The notes under the pieces: model-generated
The model's database searches: none
What the model was told of the DNA's origin: nothing
The model's input: the letters and a program-made list of their open reading frames with translations, nothing else
Assembly: GCA_944362545.1 (NCBI GenBank)
Contig: CALVTJ010000004.1
Coordinates: forward strand, 68,494-132,493
DNA length: 64,000 bases
DNA from: an uncultured Clostridia bacterium
Lineage (GTDB): Bacteria > Bacillota > Clostridia > Christensenellales > UBA1242
Reading direction: 5' to 3'
Part shown: piece after piece, positions 1 to 8,882 of the stretch
Numbering within the stretch: the first letter of the stretch is position 1
Layout of the letters: each line of letters opens with the position of its first letter
Position numbers and translations under genes: made by a program

Positions 1-33
1 ATTCGACAATTTCTTCATACGCCATATCCAAAA

Positions 34-951
34 TCATACGCCCTCCACCATTGTTTTGAAGTGATAACCATTCAAAAATGCAGAAGCATCCAAAACCTTT
101 CCGCCAGCAGACTGACATTTCAAAATTTCAAACACTCCATCTTTTGCTTGAATCAGAAAGTGTTTTTTTGTTGATAAAATTTCGCCAATTTTGCCATTAG
201 TCTCTTTTGAAAAAACACGTGCCTTGTAAACTTTTATTCTGTCATCCCCTAAAAAGAAAAATGCCACCGGACTTTCCGCAAACGCTCTGACCTTGTTTAC
301 CAAATTTTCAACATTGCACGAAAAATCGAGCAGAGCATCTTCTTTTTGAATCAATTTGACAAAAGTTGCCTTGCTGTCATCCTGCGGTGTGCGCTTTGCT
401 GTGCCGTTTTCAATTTTCTTCAATGTGTCAACCAAAAGTTCCAGCCCAACATTTGCAAGTTTGTCAAGAAGTGAAACATAATCATCTTCCGGCAGAATCT
501 GCACCTGTTTCTGCACAAAGATATCACCATCATCCATGCCAACTTCGGTTTTCATGATTGTCACACCAGTGGTCGTGTCACCATTGAGAAGTGCCGACTG
601 AATTGGTGTTGCTCCGCGATATTTTGGAAGCATTGATGGATGCACATTTATACATGGCTTGATATCCAAAAAATTCTTTGGCAAAATCTTGCCATATGAT
701 GCTGTCACCGCCAAATCATAGTCCATTGCCTTGAAGTCATCAATATGTTCCCTGATTTTTTCAAATTGATATACCGGCAAATTGTGATTATGCGCAAGTT
801 CAACAATATGTGGGCTTTTCATCTTCTTTCCGCGCCCCGCCGGCTTGTCGTTTTGACAGACAACTCCCACCACATCAAAGTGATGGTCCAAAAGCCCCTG
901 CAAAATAATTTCGGCAAATCGTGGAGTTCCAAAAAACAAAATCTTCATCAT
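34..951 (-). CDS. fmt: Methionyl-tRNA formyltransferase
   Basis: 305-aa ORF with the formyltransferase core (KILFFGTPRFA, HPSMLPKYRGATPIQ) and a C-terminal Fmt domain. Lies in the usual def-fmt arrangement, with 4-nt overlap with def. Confidence 0.92.
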   Translation of the reverse strand: MMKILFFGTPRFAEIILQGLLDHHFDVVGVVCQNDKPAGRGKKMKSPHIVELAHNHNLPVYQFEKIREHIDDFKAMDYDLAVTASYGKILPKNFLDIKPCINVHPSMLPKYRGATPIQSALLNGDTTTGVTIMKTEVGMDDGDIFVQKQVQILPEDDYVSLLDKLANVGLELLVDTLKKIENGTAKRTPQDDSKATFVKLIQKEDALLDFSCNVENLVNKVRAFAESPVAFFFLGDDRIKVYKARVFSKETNGKIGEILSTKKHFLIQAKDGVFEILKCQSAGGKVLDASAFLNGYHFKTMVEGV

Positions 952-1424
952 TCCACCCCATGCTCTTTTTTGTATTCTCTGCCTTCTTCGGTCAAATCGA
1001 CAAACAAAACGCCATTTAAGTGGTCAATTTCGTGACAAACACAACGCGCGATATAATCTTCCGCTTCAAACTCAAACGTTTTGCCGTGTCTGTCTTGTGC
1101 CGTGATTTTGACATATCTTGGTCTTGGCACATCGCAGTAAAACCCCGGTATGCTCAAACACCCTTCGGTATCCTTAACCTTGCCTTTTGTTTTGACAATC
1201 TCTGGATTGATGATTTCAAGGTATTTTCCAGGTTCGGTTTCAACAACAATTGCTCTGCGCAAAACGCCAACTTGCACTGCCGAGATTCCAACACCTTTTT
1301 TTTCAATCATTGTTGCCTTCATGTCATCAAGCAAGATGCCAAGAGACTGATCAAAACTTGTGACAGGTTTTGATTTTTTTCTCAATGTGGCATTCCCCAA
1401 AATTACGATATTTCTTATTGCCAT
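948..1424 (-). CDS. def: Peptide deformylase
   Basis: EGCLSIPG and HEIDHLNG metal-site motifs. Start trimmed from the ORF-track start (1496) to ATG 1424 (MAIRNIV), which is preceded by GGAG. Confidence 0.92.
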   Translation of the reverse strand: MAIRNIVILGNATLRKKSKPVTSFDQSLGILLDDMKATMIEKKGVGISAVQVGVLRRAIVVETEPGKYLEIINPEIVKTKGKVKDTEGCLSIPGFYCDVPRPRYVKITAQDRHGKTFEFEAEDYIARCVCHEIDHLNGVLFVDLTEEGREYKKEHGVE

Positions 1425-1544
1425 AATTTCTCCTTTTTTTGTGTTAAAACGCAAAATGTTCAAAAATTCACATTGCGAGCGCAATTTTTTGTGCATTTAT
1501 CATTTTTCTATTATATATTTTCTAGTGAATAATTTTTCGAAACT

Positions 1545-3716
1545 CTAACTTAAATTGTTTGGATTTATTTCAAAGAAAACACTGCTCTTACACTTTTCAT
1601 CCACGCAATCATAAATTTTCTTTTCAATCTCATCTGCCTTGTCGAGTTTGAAGCGCATCAAAATTTGATAGCGGAATTTGTTTTTGATTTTGTTGAGTGG
1701 CGCTTTCATAACATCCAAATAGACAAAATCTTGCGGATATTGTTCCTTGATTTCTTTCACTTTATTATAGCACACTTTGCAGTCCTGTGCCACAACTTTT
1801 TCATCTTCATGCGTAAACAAAATTCTCACAATGCGTGCATATGGTGGAAAGTTTGTCACTTTACGCAAGTTTGCTTCCTTTTTGAAAAATCCTTTATAGT
1901 CATAATTGCTGGCAAATCTATAGACATAGTGCCTTGGACTGTAAGTTTGCAAAATCACTCGTCCCTGCATTGAACTTCTGCCCGCACGCCCTGCCACCTG
2001 CGTGATAAGTTGAAAAGTTCTTTCAATGGAGCGATAGTCCGACTGATACAAACTTTGGTCGGCATCCACAATTCCCACAAGCACGCAATCCGGAAAATCA
2101 TGTCCTTTTGCAATCATCTGTGTACCAACCAAAATGGCAGGCTTGGTGTTTCGAAATTCATTCAAAATCTGTCTGTGGGCATTCTTTCGTGCGGTGGTGT
2201 CGTTGTCCATTCGCAAAATGCGCACATCCGGAAAGAGTTTGTGCAGTTCTTCCACCACTCTTTCTGTGCCGATTGCACCTTGCTTTATATCTTTGCTACC
2301 GCAACTTGGACAAACATCAAGTGCCCTGTATCTCTTTCCGCAATAATGGCACTTCAAACGATTTTCTGCTCTGTGATAAACAAGCGAAACATCACAATCT
2401 GTGCACTTTGCCACATAACCGCAATTTCGACATCTTTGAAAGGAGGAAAATCCCCGGCGATTTATGAAAATCATGGCTTGTTTTTTCTGTTCTATGACAT
2501 TTTTCAGTTCGTAAATCAGCGGAATAGAAAAGATTTGATTGTTGCCCTGTCGCATCTCCATGAGCATGTCAATAACAACAATTTTTGGCATTTCCATGCC
2601 GTTTACCCTCACCGGCATTTCAACAAGTTGATATTCTCCATCAATCGCCTTGGCATAACTTTCGATGGAAGGTGTGGCACTGCCAAGCACAAGAGTGCAA
2701 CTGTTATATTCTCTTCTAAACTCCGCAATCATGTGAGTATCATAACGCGGATTGCTCTCGGAAACATAACTTTGCTCATGTTCTTCATCAATGATGATAA
2801 TCCCCAAATTTTCAATAGGTGTGAAAATCGCCGACCTTGCACCAACCACCACTTTTGCCTGCCCAAAGAAAATGCGTTTCCATTCATCAAATCTCTCACC
2901 AGCAGAAAGCCCACTGTGAATGAGTGCCACCTTGTCCCCAAAGCGTGCCTTAAAGTTTGCCAGCACCTGTGGTGTCAGTGAAATTTCTGGCACAAGCATA
3001 AGCGCGGTTTTGCCTTGTTCCAGTCGGCGCTCAATCAAATTCATGTAAACTTCGGTCTTTCCGCTTCCTGTCACTCCATGCAAAAGATAGGTTTTGTTCT
3101 CGCATATGGTGTCCACTGCCCTTTGTTGAAGAGGTGTCAAAATCCGCTTTTCATTTTTCATTTCATCAAACACGGGCGTGCGATTTTCTTGTTCGTTTTC
3201 CACCAAAACCGTTCCACTTTTGACAAGTGCAGAAAGTGGTGCATAACCAAACTTGGCTGAAACATCGGCAAATTTTTGTCTTCCGTTGTCCTTCAAAAAT
3301 TTCACAATTTCAAGCTGTTTTTTTGCCCGAGCAGATGGTGACTGAAAGTTTTTGGCAAGTTTGACATAACGCACAATGAGTTCTTTGACCTGACCGGTGC
3401 GCATTTCACTTGGCAAAAACAATCTCAAAATGCTGGCAAGTTTGAGGTGCAACTTGTCCGCCATGAAAAACATGAGAGAAAGCATTTCTTTTTTTATAAC
3501 AGCAAAGCCATCAATGCGTTGCAAAATAGGTTTGATTTTGCTTTCATCAAATTCCGCCTTTTCTTCAAGACCAACAATAAATCCTTGGAGATTTCGCTTT
3601 CCAAACGGAACAATCACTCTCTCTCCAACTTCCACTGTCATGTCCTGTGGAACACTATATTCAAACACCCTGTCGAGTGCTTTGGCATCTTGGTCAATGA
3701 TTATCTTTGCAAACAA
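1545..3716 (-). CDS. priA: Primosomal protein N' (PriA helicase)
   Basis: 723 aa. Walker A GVTGSGKTEVY, DEEH box, and Cys-rich zinc insert (CRNCG..CTDCD..CHYCG..CPSCG). TTG start 6 nt after GGAG. Confidence 0.93.
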   Translation of the reverse strand: MFAKIIIDQDAKALDRVFEYSVPQDMTVEVGERVIVPFGKRNLQGFIVGLEEKAEFDESKIKPILQRIDGFAVIKKEMLSLMFFMADKLHLKLASILRLFLPSEMRTGQVKELIVRYVKLAKNFQSPSARAKKQLEIVKFLKDNGRQKFADVSAKFGYAPLSALVKSGTVLVENEQENRTPVFDEMKNEKRILTPLQQRAVDTICENKTYLLHGVTGSGKTEVYMNLIERRLEQGKTALMLVPEISLTPQVLANFKARFGDKVALIHSGLSAGERFDEWKRIFFGQAKVVVGARSAIFTPIENLGIIIIDEEHEQSYVSESNPRYDTHMIAEFRREYNSCTLVLGSATPSIESYAKAIDGEYQLVEMPVRVNGMEMPKIVVIDMLMEMRQGNNQIFSIPLIYELKNVIEQKKQAMIFINRRGFSSFQRCRNCGYVAKCTDCDVSLVYHRAENRLKCHYCGKRYRALDVCPSCGSKDIKQGAIGTERVVEELHKLFPDVRILRMDNDTTARKNAHRQILNEFRNTKPAILVGTQMIAKGHDFPDCVLVGIVDADQSLYQSDYRSIERTFQLITQVAGRAGRSSMQGRVILQTYSPRHYVYRFASNYDYKGFFKKEANLRKVTNFPPYARIVRILFTHEDEKVVAQDCKVCYNKVKEIKEQYPQDFVYLDVMKAPLNKIKNKFRYQILMRFKLDKADEIEKKIYDCVDEKCKSSVFFEINPNNLS

Positions 3717-3786
3717 AATATGCTCCTAAACAAAAAAATCTACTGCCATTTGACAGTAGAATTATATCACAAAAATTTTTCACAAA

Positions 3787-3990
3787 TCAATCATTTATCT
3801 CGCTTGGCTGGATTTTGCCTTCATAAATTTCATCAAGCGCAATGCTGATGGCTTTTTTGTCGGCAGTTGCAAGTTCGGCGCGTCTAGTGGTTTCAATTTC
3901 TTTTGCACGCTTTGAAGCGATTATAGAAAGAATATATTTGTTTCCATTTGCTTTTTTTGTGAGTTCATCAATAGGCGGTTCAATCATCAT
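3787..3990 (-). CDS. rpoZ: DNA-directed RNA polymerase subunit omega
   Basis: MMIEPPIDELTKKANGNKYILSIIASKRAKEI is a typical RpoZ N-terminus. Start trimmed to ATG 3990, because GAGGAG lies inside the longer ORF-track start. Confidence 0.85.
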   Translation of the reverse strand: MMIEPPIDELTKKANGNKYILSIIASKRAKEIETTRRAELATADKKAISIALDEIYEGKIQPSEIND

Positions 3991-4023
3991 AGTTTTAGTT
4001 CTCCTCAAAATTTAATCACACAA

Positions 4024-4052
4024 ATTTTAGCACACTTTTTTCAAATTGTAAA
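4024..4052 (-). promoter_or_regulatory. Candidate sigma-A promoter for rpoZ
   Basis: On the minus strand: TTTACA (4047-4052), 17-nt spacer, TAAAAT (4024-4029), about 30 nt upstream of the rpoZ ATG. Confidence 0.4.
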
Positions 4053-4391
4053 GTCTTTTTGAAGAAAAATAATCAAATCAATTCTGTTTACCTCTCTCAT
4101 ACTCATAAATTTTGTGTGACAAACTGTCCACATCATCAACTTTAAAAATCAGTGAAAGTTGTTTCACCAATTCTGGATTTCTCCACAAATATTTATTTCT
4201 TACTATATGCACAAATACCAAAATGAATATCAAACTTATTCAAATTTGAATAATCACTTTTCTCAATTATCTCTTTTATTTCCTTTACCATATCATCTAA
4301 ACCTATCAATGTTAATCATTTTCTTTCAATTTTTCTGATTAAAAATCAGTTTTAAATATATTTTACTGATTTTCTGTCAGAAGGTTAAAGT

Positions 4392-4748
4392 CTAGTCAGC
4401 AAAGCCAAGTGAAATCAAAATTGCGCGGTTAACTTCTTTCATTTTCTTTTCATCAACTGTAGTGATTTTCTCTTTCAATCGGCGTTTGTCAAGTGTTCTT
4501 ATCTGTTCCAAAAGCACCACCGAATCCTTTGGCAAATGATAAATTTGTGAGGATAGTTCTATGTGAGTTGGAAGTTTCGCCTTTGACAGTTGACTGGTGA
4601 TGGCTGAGACAATGACAGTTGGAGAATATTTGTTGCCGACATTGTTTTGAATGACAAGCACAGGTCTAACTCCGCCCTGTTCACTTCCAACAACAGGACT
4701 TAGGTCTGCAAAATATATCTCACCTCTTTTAACTGTGTTCTCCATCAA
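4392..4748 (-). CDS. mazF: MazF/EndoA (PemK-family) mRNA interferase toxin
   Basis: 118 aa. [47 protein letters not shown] matches the MazF/EndoA core nearly motif for motif. Confidence 0.9.
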   Translation of the reverse strand: MMENTVKRGEIYFADLSPVVGSEQGGVRPVLVIQNNVGNKYSPTVIVSAITSQLSKAKLPTHIELSSQIYHLPKDSVVLLEQIRTLDKRRLKEKITTVDEKKMKEVNRAILISLGFAD

Positions 4749-4974
4749 TCAAACCTGCCAATTTTTGAAAATCAGAAAGGTCGGCAAGTGTCAAATCATC
4801 AAGTTTCTGATAGACAGCCGACATTTCTTTGAAAGTGGAAGAAATATCTTCCATTCTCATTCTATGTTTTGCCGGAAAAATTGTTGTGCTTGTGACAAAA
4901 TTTTCAAGACTTTGATATCTTTTCTCAATTTCCGCCACTCTTTTTTCCAATTTGGCATAAACATTTTTTGTCAT
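4729..4974 (-). CDS. Putative MazE/EndoAI-type antitoxin
   Basis: 81-aa ORF immediately upstream of mazF, overlapping it by about 20 nt. The N-terminus ([17 protein letters not shown]) fits a ribbon-helix-helix strand plus helix. Assigned mainly by position. Confidence 0.5.
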   Translation of the reverse strand: MTKNVYAKLEKRVAEIEKRYQSLENFVTSTTIFPAKHRMRMEDISSTFKEMSAVYQKLDDLTLADLSDFQKLAGLIDGEHS

Positions 4975-5096
4975 AATCTTATCTCCTGTTTCTCAAGATT
5001 TTATACCTAGTTTGAAGTAGATACAAAATTTTATTCATAAGCAAAAATTGGCAAATTTTTAAATATAAAAACAAAAAAGTGCCACAAATGTGACAC

Positions 5097-5453
5097 CTAT
5101 CTCAAAATTTCCACAACCGCCCCAACAACACTCTTTTGATGAGAGATTGAAATGTTGATTTCTTTGGCTTTCAGGTCATCAAATCTCGCCTTTGCCTTGC
5201 CATAGAGTTTGACAAATGGCGCACCGTTTTCTTTGTGACAAAGTTCTATCTCTTTGAAAGAGATGTCCTCACCTTTCACATCCAACGCCTTGAAAACCGC
5301 TTCCTTGACAGCCCACAGCGATGCTGTTTTTTCTTTTTTGTTTTTGACAAACCTTTCTATGTAAGCAATTTCACTGTCAAGTGCAATTTTTTTCAGCAGT
5401 TGGTCGGCGTTTTTTATGCGTTCAACTTCCTGCAAATCAAAACCAATCATCAT
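5097..5453 (-). CDS. acpS: Holo-[acyl-carrier-protein] synthase
   Basis: 118 aa. MIGFDLQEVERI..WAVKEAVFKAL..ISISH are typical AcpS motifs. An intrinsic terminator (GTGTCAC-ATTT-GTGGCAC plus T-run) follows at about 5069-5096. Confidence 0.9.
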   Translation of the reverse strand: MMIGFDLQEVERIKNADQLLKKIALDSEIAYIERFVKNKKEKTASLWAVKEAVFKALDVKGEDISFKEIELCHKENGAPFVKLYGKAKARFDDLKAKEINISISHQKSVVGAVVEILR

Positions 5454-6069
5454 TTTCTCCTTTGTTTTCTAGGGCAATTTTGGTTGCTTTTTGTGCCACA
5501 TCATAATCATACCCCTTGTAAATGAGATGTGCAAGGCATTTTTGCTTGATTTTTGCATCAATTTGGCGATTTTTCACGAATTTTTCAGCAAGTGCTGTCG
5601 CCTTTTCAATCTCATCATCTTCATTTATATTTTCAAGCAAATTTGCTACTATCTCTGCAGACACTCCCTTTTGCTTCAATTTGCTGGCAATGGCACGCTT
5701 ACCCTTGGTTGCAGAAAGGGTTTCAAAATAGTTCTTTGCAAAACTTTCATCATTGACAAGTCCATAATCTTTCAGTTTGTCCACAGTAGCATTTATCACT
5801 TTAAAATCAAAGCCCTTCTTTTTTAGATAGTCCTTGATTCCTTTTTCACTGACAACATACTTTTCAATATAACTTGTCGCCATGTCAAACGCCACTTTTC
5901 TGTCATTTTCACTCTTTATTTTGGCAAATTCTTCATCATCAAGTTCCTGTCCCGTTTTCAAACCATAAACCGCCAAAATTTCATCCAAAAAAATGCCGTT
6001 CCACTTGTCATCAACATAGATGTGAAAACGATTTGTGTTTGCAATTCGTTTGATTTTTGTAATTGTCAT
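5437..6069 (-). CDS. recX: Recombination regulator RecX
   Basis: 210 aa of three-helix repeats. The pattern (SEKGIKDYLKKKGF..VINATVDKLKDYGLVNDESFAKNY..KGKRAIASKLKQKGV) is typical of RecX. Confidence 0.8.
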   Translation of the reverse strand: MTITKIKRIANTNRFHIYVDDKWNGIFLDEILAVYGLKTGQELDDEEFAKIKSENDRKVAFDMATSYIEKYVVSEKGIKDYLKKKGFDFKVINATVDKLKDYGLVNDESFAKNYFETLSATKGKRAIASKLKQKGVSAEIVANLLENINEDDEIEKATALAEKFVKNRQIDAKIKQKCLAHLIYKGYDYDVAQKATKIALENKGENDDWF

Positions 6070-6422
6070 CCCAGTACCTCACTTGCCACTTTTGTGTATG
6101 CTCTCACAAGTCCGCCTGCACCAAGTTTGATTCCACCAAAATATCTCACCACAAAAACGCAAACATCACTTTGTTTTTTCTTTTGCAAAACCGACAAAAT
6201 CGGTCTGCCTGCCGTTCCGCCCGGTTCTCCATCGTCCACCGCCTTTTCCAAAAACGGTGATTTAAGCGAATAGGCATAACAGATATGTGCGGCTTTTTTG
6301 TGAAGTTTTTTAAGTTCCGCAAGTGCCGATGTCACTTCTTTGACACTTGTGCATGGCAAAAGATAACCAAGAAATCTTGATTTCTTCTCAATCACTTCCA
6401 CCTGTTTTGCAAATTGAACCAT
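6066..6422 (-). CDS. IMPACT/YigZ-family protein (N-terminal domain only)
   Basis: KKSRFLGYL..AAHICYAY..DDGEPGGTAGRPIL..VVRYFGGIKLGAGGLVRAY is the UPF0029/IMPACT signature. At 118 aa it lacks the usual C-terminal domain. Confidence 0.8.
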   Translation of the reverse strand: MVQFAKQVEVIEKKSRFLGYLLPCTSVKEVTSALAELKKLHKKAAHICYAYSLKSPFLEKAVDDGEPGGTAGRPILSVLQKKKQSDVCVFVVRYFGGIKLGAGGLVRAYTKVASEVLG

Positions 6423-6468
6423 TTTCGCTCCACATTTTGTTTTATTTTTTTGAAAGTTTTAAAATCAG

Positions 6469-7701
6469 TCACACTACTTTGACCTTGACAAAACTCTTTT
6501 TCCCTTTTTTGAGCAAGCCATCATTTGCCTCATCTGCTGACACCTGCGTGTCAAATTTTGCCACTTTTTCGCCTTTAAATGTGATTGCCCCGCCTTGTAT
6601 GAGCCTTCTTGCTTCGCTCTTTGACTGTGATAGTCCGCATCTAAACACAAGGTCACAAATCATCATTGGAAATTCACTTTTATTCACTTTCACAATCGGA
6701 GCATCATCTCCGCCAAGAGCAAACAAGTTTTCGCTCATCTTTTGCGCCAAAACAGCATCTTGCTCTCCGCGGACAAACTTTGTCACTTCAAATGAAAGCA
6801 CCTTTTTTGCACCAACAATGTCTTCTTTGACCATTTTTCTAACTTCATCCATTGGCACATCGGTGAAAAGTGCAAACATCATCTCCACGCACGCATCCGG
6901 CGTTTGATAAACTCCTTGATAAAAATCATAAGCCGAAATTTTGTCTTTGTCTATCCAAATCGCGCCCTTTTCAGTCTTGCCCATTTTTTTGCCATCTGGT
7001 GTCATCAAAAGCGGATTTGTTGCACCAACAAGTTGAACATCTGTGCCCTTTTGAAAGTTGAGTTTGCGTTGAAGTTCCACTCCTGCAACAATGTTACCCC
7101 ATTGGTCCTGACCGCCATATTGCAAAGTACAACCATAAGCCTTGTTAAGATGAACAAAATCATATGCCTGCATGAGCATATATCCCATTTCAAAGAAAGT
7201 CAACCCACCCTCTTTCAATCTGCCGGCATAGATTTCGTTTGTTATCATCTTGTTGACATTAAAATGCACACCAATGTCACGCATGAAATCAACATAATCA
7301 TAACCCTTAAACCAATCAGCATTGTTGACAATGATTGCTGGATTTTCGCCATCAAAATCAAGAAAAACCTTCAATGTGTTTTTGATTTTTTTGATGTTTT
7401 CATCCACCTGCTCTTTGGTGAGCATTTTGCGCATCTCCTGCTTGCCACTCGGGTCTCCAATGCAAGCGGTTGCCCCGCCCATCAAAATGATAACCTTGTG
7501 CCCTGCCTTTTGAAATCTTCTCAAAATGCAATATGGCACACAGTGTCCAATGTGCAAACTGTCAGCGGTCGGATCTGTGCCTTCATAAAGCGTGACAGGT
7601 TTTCCGCTTTCAAGCATTTTTTTCAAACCTTCTTCATCTGTGCATTGATACAAGAGTCCGCGCTCTTTCAGTGTTCTAAAAAGACTCGTGTCAACTTTCA
7701 T
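6469..7701 (-). CDS. tyrS: Tyrosyl-tRNA synthetase
   Basis: HIGH motif (LHIGHCV), KMSKS variant (KMGKT) and a C-terminal S4-like domain. Start trimmed to ATG 7701 (MKVDTSLF) after GGAGAG; the longer ORF-track start runs into the leader. Confidence 0.93.
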   Translation of the reverse strand: MKVDTSLFRTLKERGLLYQCTDEEGLKKMLESGKPVTLYEGTDPTADSLHIGHCVPYCILRRFQKAGHKVIILMGGATACIGDPSGKQEMRKMLTKEQVDENIKKIKNTLKVFLDFDGENPAIIVNNADWFKGYDYVDFMRDIGVHFNVNKMITNEIYAGRLKEGGLTFFEMGYMLMQAYDFVHLNKAYGCTLQYGGQDQWGNIVAGVELQRKLNFQKGTDVQLVGATNPLLMTPDGKKMGKTEKGAIWIDKDKISAYDFYQGVYQTPDACVEMMFALFTDVPMDEVRKMVKEDIVGAKKVLSFEVTKFVRGEQDAVLAQKMSENLFALGGDDAPIVKVNKSEFPMMICDLVFRCGLSQSKSEARRLIQGGAITFKGEKVAKFDTQVSADEANDGLLKKGKKSFVKVKVV

Positions 7702-7946
7702 TTTTCTCTCCTTTTCATAACAAAAAACACGCCACCCAAAATTTTGGGACGAAGCGTGCGTTCGTGGTACCAACCCAATTCGGTTTAATCAAACATTTAA
7801 ACCCTGTTTATGCCCGTTCGTGGACCTGACGCAAAACTTGAAACAAGTGTAATTCAATCAGCCAATTCAAAGATTTTTCACCAACCAATCTCTCTCTGCA
7901 TGAAAATGAACAAACCTACTTCTTCTCATTCCACCATTTTGATTAT
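7702..7946 (-). promoter_or_regulatory. T-box riboswitch leader (tyrosine specifier candidate) with terminator/antiterminator
   Basis: On the minus strand: AGAGA box (about 7891-7900); candidate UAC specifier at 7849-7851; T-box core AATTGGGTTGGTACCACGAACGC (7757-7780); then terminator CACGC..CCCAAAATTTTGGG..GCGTG plus T-run (about 7722-7760), directly upstream of tyrS. Confidence 0.85.
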
Positions 7947-7952
7947 GCAAAG

Positions 7953-7981
7953 ATTTTAACATCCATTGCACTTTTTGTCAA
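7953..7981 (-). promoter_or_regulatory. Sigma-A promoter of the tyrS T-box leader
   Basis: Minus strand: TTGACA (7976-7981), 17-nt spacer, TAAAAT (7953-7958). Confidence 0.6.
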
Positions 7982-8142
7982 ACAAAAATTTACTTTTTAA
8001 AAAGAAAGAAAAAAGTTTTTCAATTATATGCTTCGAACATTTGTTTTTCCGTTTTCAATTGAAGTGGATAATATTTAAATATAACAAATTTTTTCTTTGT
8101 TTGTAAATTTTTTTGCTGTGACAAAAAGCATAGCAAAATCAT

Positions 8143-8172
8143 TTGAAAAAATTGAATAGTTTTTGCTATAAT
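8143..8172 (+). promoter_or_regulatory. Candidate promoter of the NifU-like/GGGtGRT operon
   Basis: TTGAAA (8143-8148), 18-nt spacer ending in TG, TATAAT (8167-8172), about 20 nt before the ATG at 8191. Confidence 0.5.
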
Positions 8173-8190
8173 TTTTTTGAAGGAGAGATT

Positions 8191-8880
8191 ATGAAAAAAG
8201 AAAGCAAATTAAACTGCTGTGTAAAAAATATGCATGGCTATGGGCCTTCGCCAATTCCACAAGAAGGCAAGTGGGACCAAGTGAAAGAAATCACTCAAAT
8301 TTCTGGTTTTTCTCATGGTTGTGGCACTTGCGCCCCACAACAAGGTGCGTGCAAACTCACGCTCAATGTAAAAAATGGAATTATCAAAGAGGCATTGGTC
8401 GAAACAATCGGCTGTTCGGGCATGACTCATTCTGCCGCCATGGCTGGAGAAATTTTGGTTGGGAAGACTCTGCTTGAAGCATTAAATACCGACCTTGTGT
8501 GTGATGCCATCAACGATGCCATGAAAAATGTGTTTGAACAACTCGTCTATGGTCGAAGTCAATCGGCATTTTCGCTTGGCGGATTGGAAGTTGGTGCAAG
8601 CCTTGAAGATTTGGGCAAATACAAAACAAGTCAAGTCGGCACCATTGTTTCCACCGAAAAAGAAGGTGTCAAATATCTCAACCTGACCGAAGGCTACATC
8701 ACCAAAATGGCACTTGATGAACATGATGAAGTGATTGGTTATGAATATGTCAACCTTGGGCTTCTTCTCAAAAATCTCAATGATGAAAGTTTGACAAAAT
8801 CACAGGCAATTGAAAAGTCGACAAAGCATTATGGACGCTTTGATGAAGCAAAGAAATTTATCAATCCAAGAGGAGAGTAA
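8191..8880 (+). CDS. NifU/IscU N-terminal-like scaffold-domain protein with a C-terminal extension
   Basis: GCGTCAPQQGACKLTLNVKNGIIKEALVETIGCSGMTHSAAMAGEILVGKTLLEA resembles the three-Cys NifU_N/IscU core. Start set to ATG 8191 after GGAGAG. Confidence 0.65.
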   Translation: MKKESKLNCCVKNMHGYGPSPIPQEGKWDQVKEITQISGFSHGCGTCAPQQGACKLTLNVKNGIIKEALVETIGCSGMTHSAAMAGEILVGKTLLEALNTDLVCDAINDAMKNVFEQLVYGRSQSAFSLGGLEVGASLEDLGKYKTSQVGTIVSTEKEGVKYLNLTEGYITKMALDEHDEVIGYEYVNLGLLLKNLNDESLTKSQAIEKSTKHYGRFDEAKKFINPRGE

Positions 8881-8882
8881 AC

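Noticed and set aside
2010-2981. Long plus-strand ORFs in the track that lie antisense to well-supported minus-strand genes. Examples: 2010-2981 in priA, 6904-7788 in tyrS, 22162-22959 across spoIIE and the amidase gene, 35705-36508 in dnaE, 49267-49962 in rpsE.
   Set aside because: They have Cys/Phe/Leu-rich, stop-poor shadow composition, no RBS and no motifs. The opposite strand encodes proteins with unambiguous family signatures.
4085-4320. Possible decayed gene fragments between rpoZ and mazF on the minus strand. One is a 32-codon ORF (MVKEIKEIIEKSDYSNLNKFDIHFGICAYSKK). The other is an out-of-frame piece ending ..LSHKIYEYERGKQN, which is reminiscent of an XRE-type HTH.
   Set aside because: The frames are broken and the pieces short, there is no RBS, and the similarity is only impressionistic. 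I cannot support a gene or pseudogene call without a homology search.
7702-7773. N-terminal extensions given by the ORF track for several genes: tyrS, def, rpsJ, rpsC, rpsD, rplO, rplF, rpsQ, rpmC, dtd, the patatin gene, the ttcA-like gene, the BspA-like gene, and the 8143, 9926, 15411, 25167 and 25960 ORFs.
   Set aside because: In each case an internal ATG preceded by a GGAG-type Shine-Dalgarno sequence matches the conserved family N-terminus or signal peptide. The extensions run into leaders, terminators or upstream genes.
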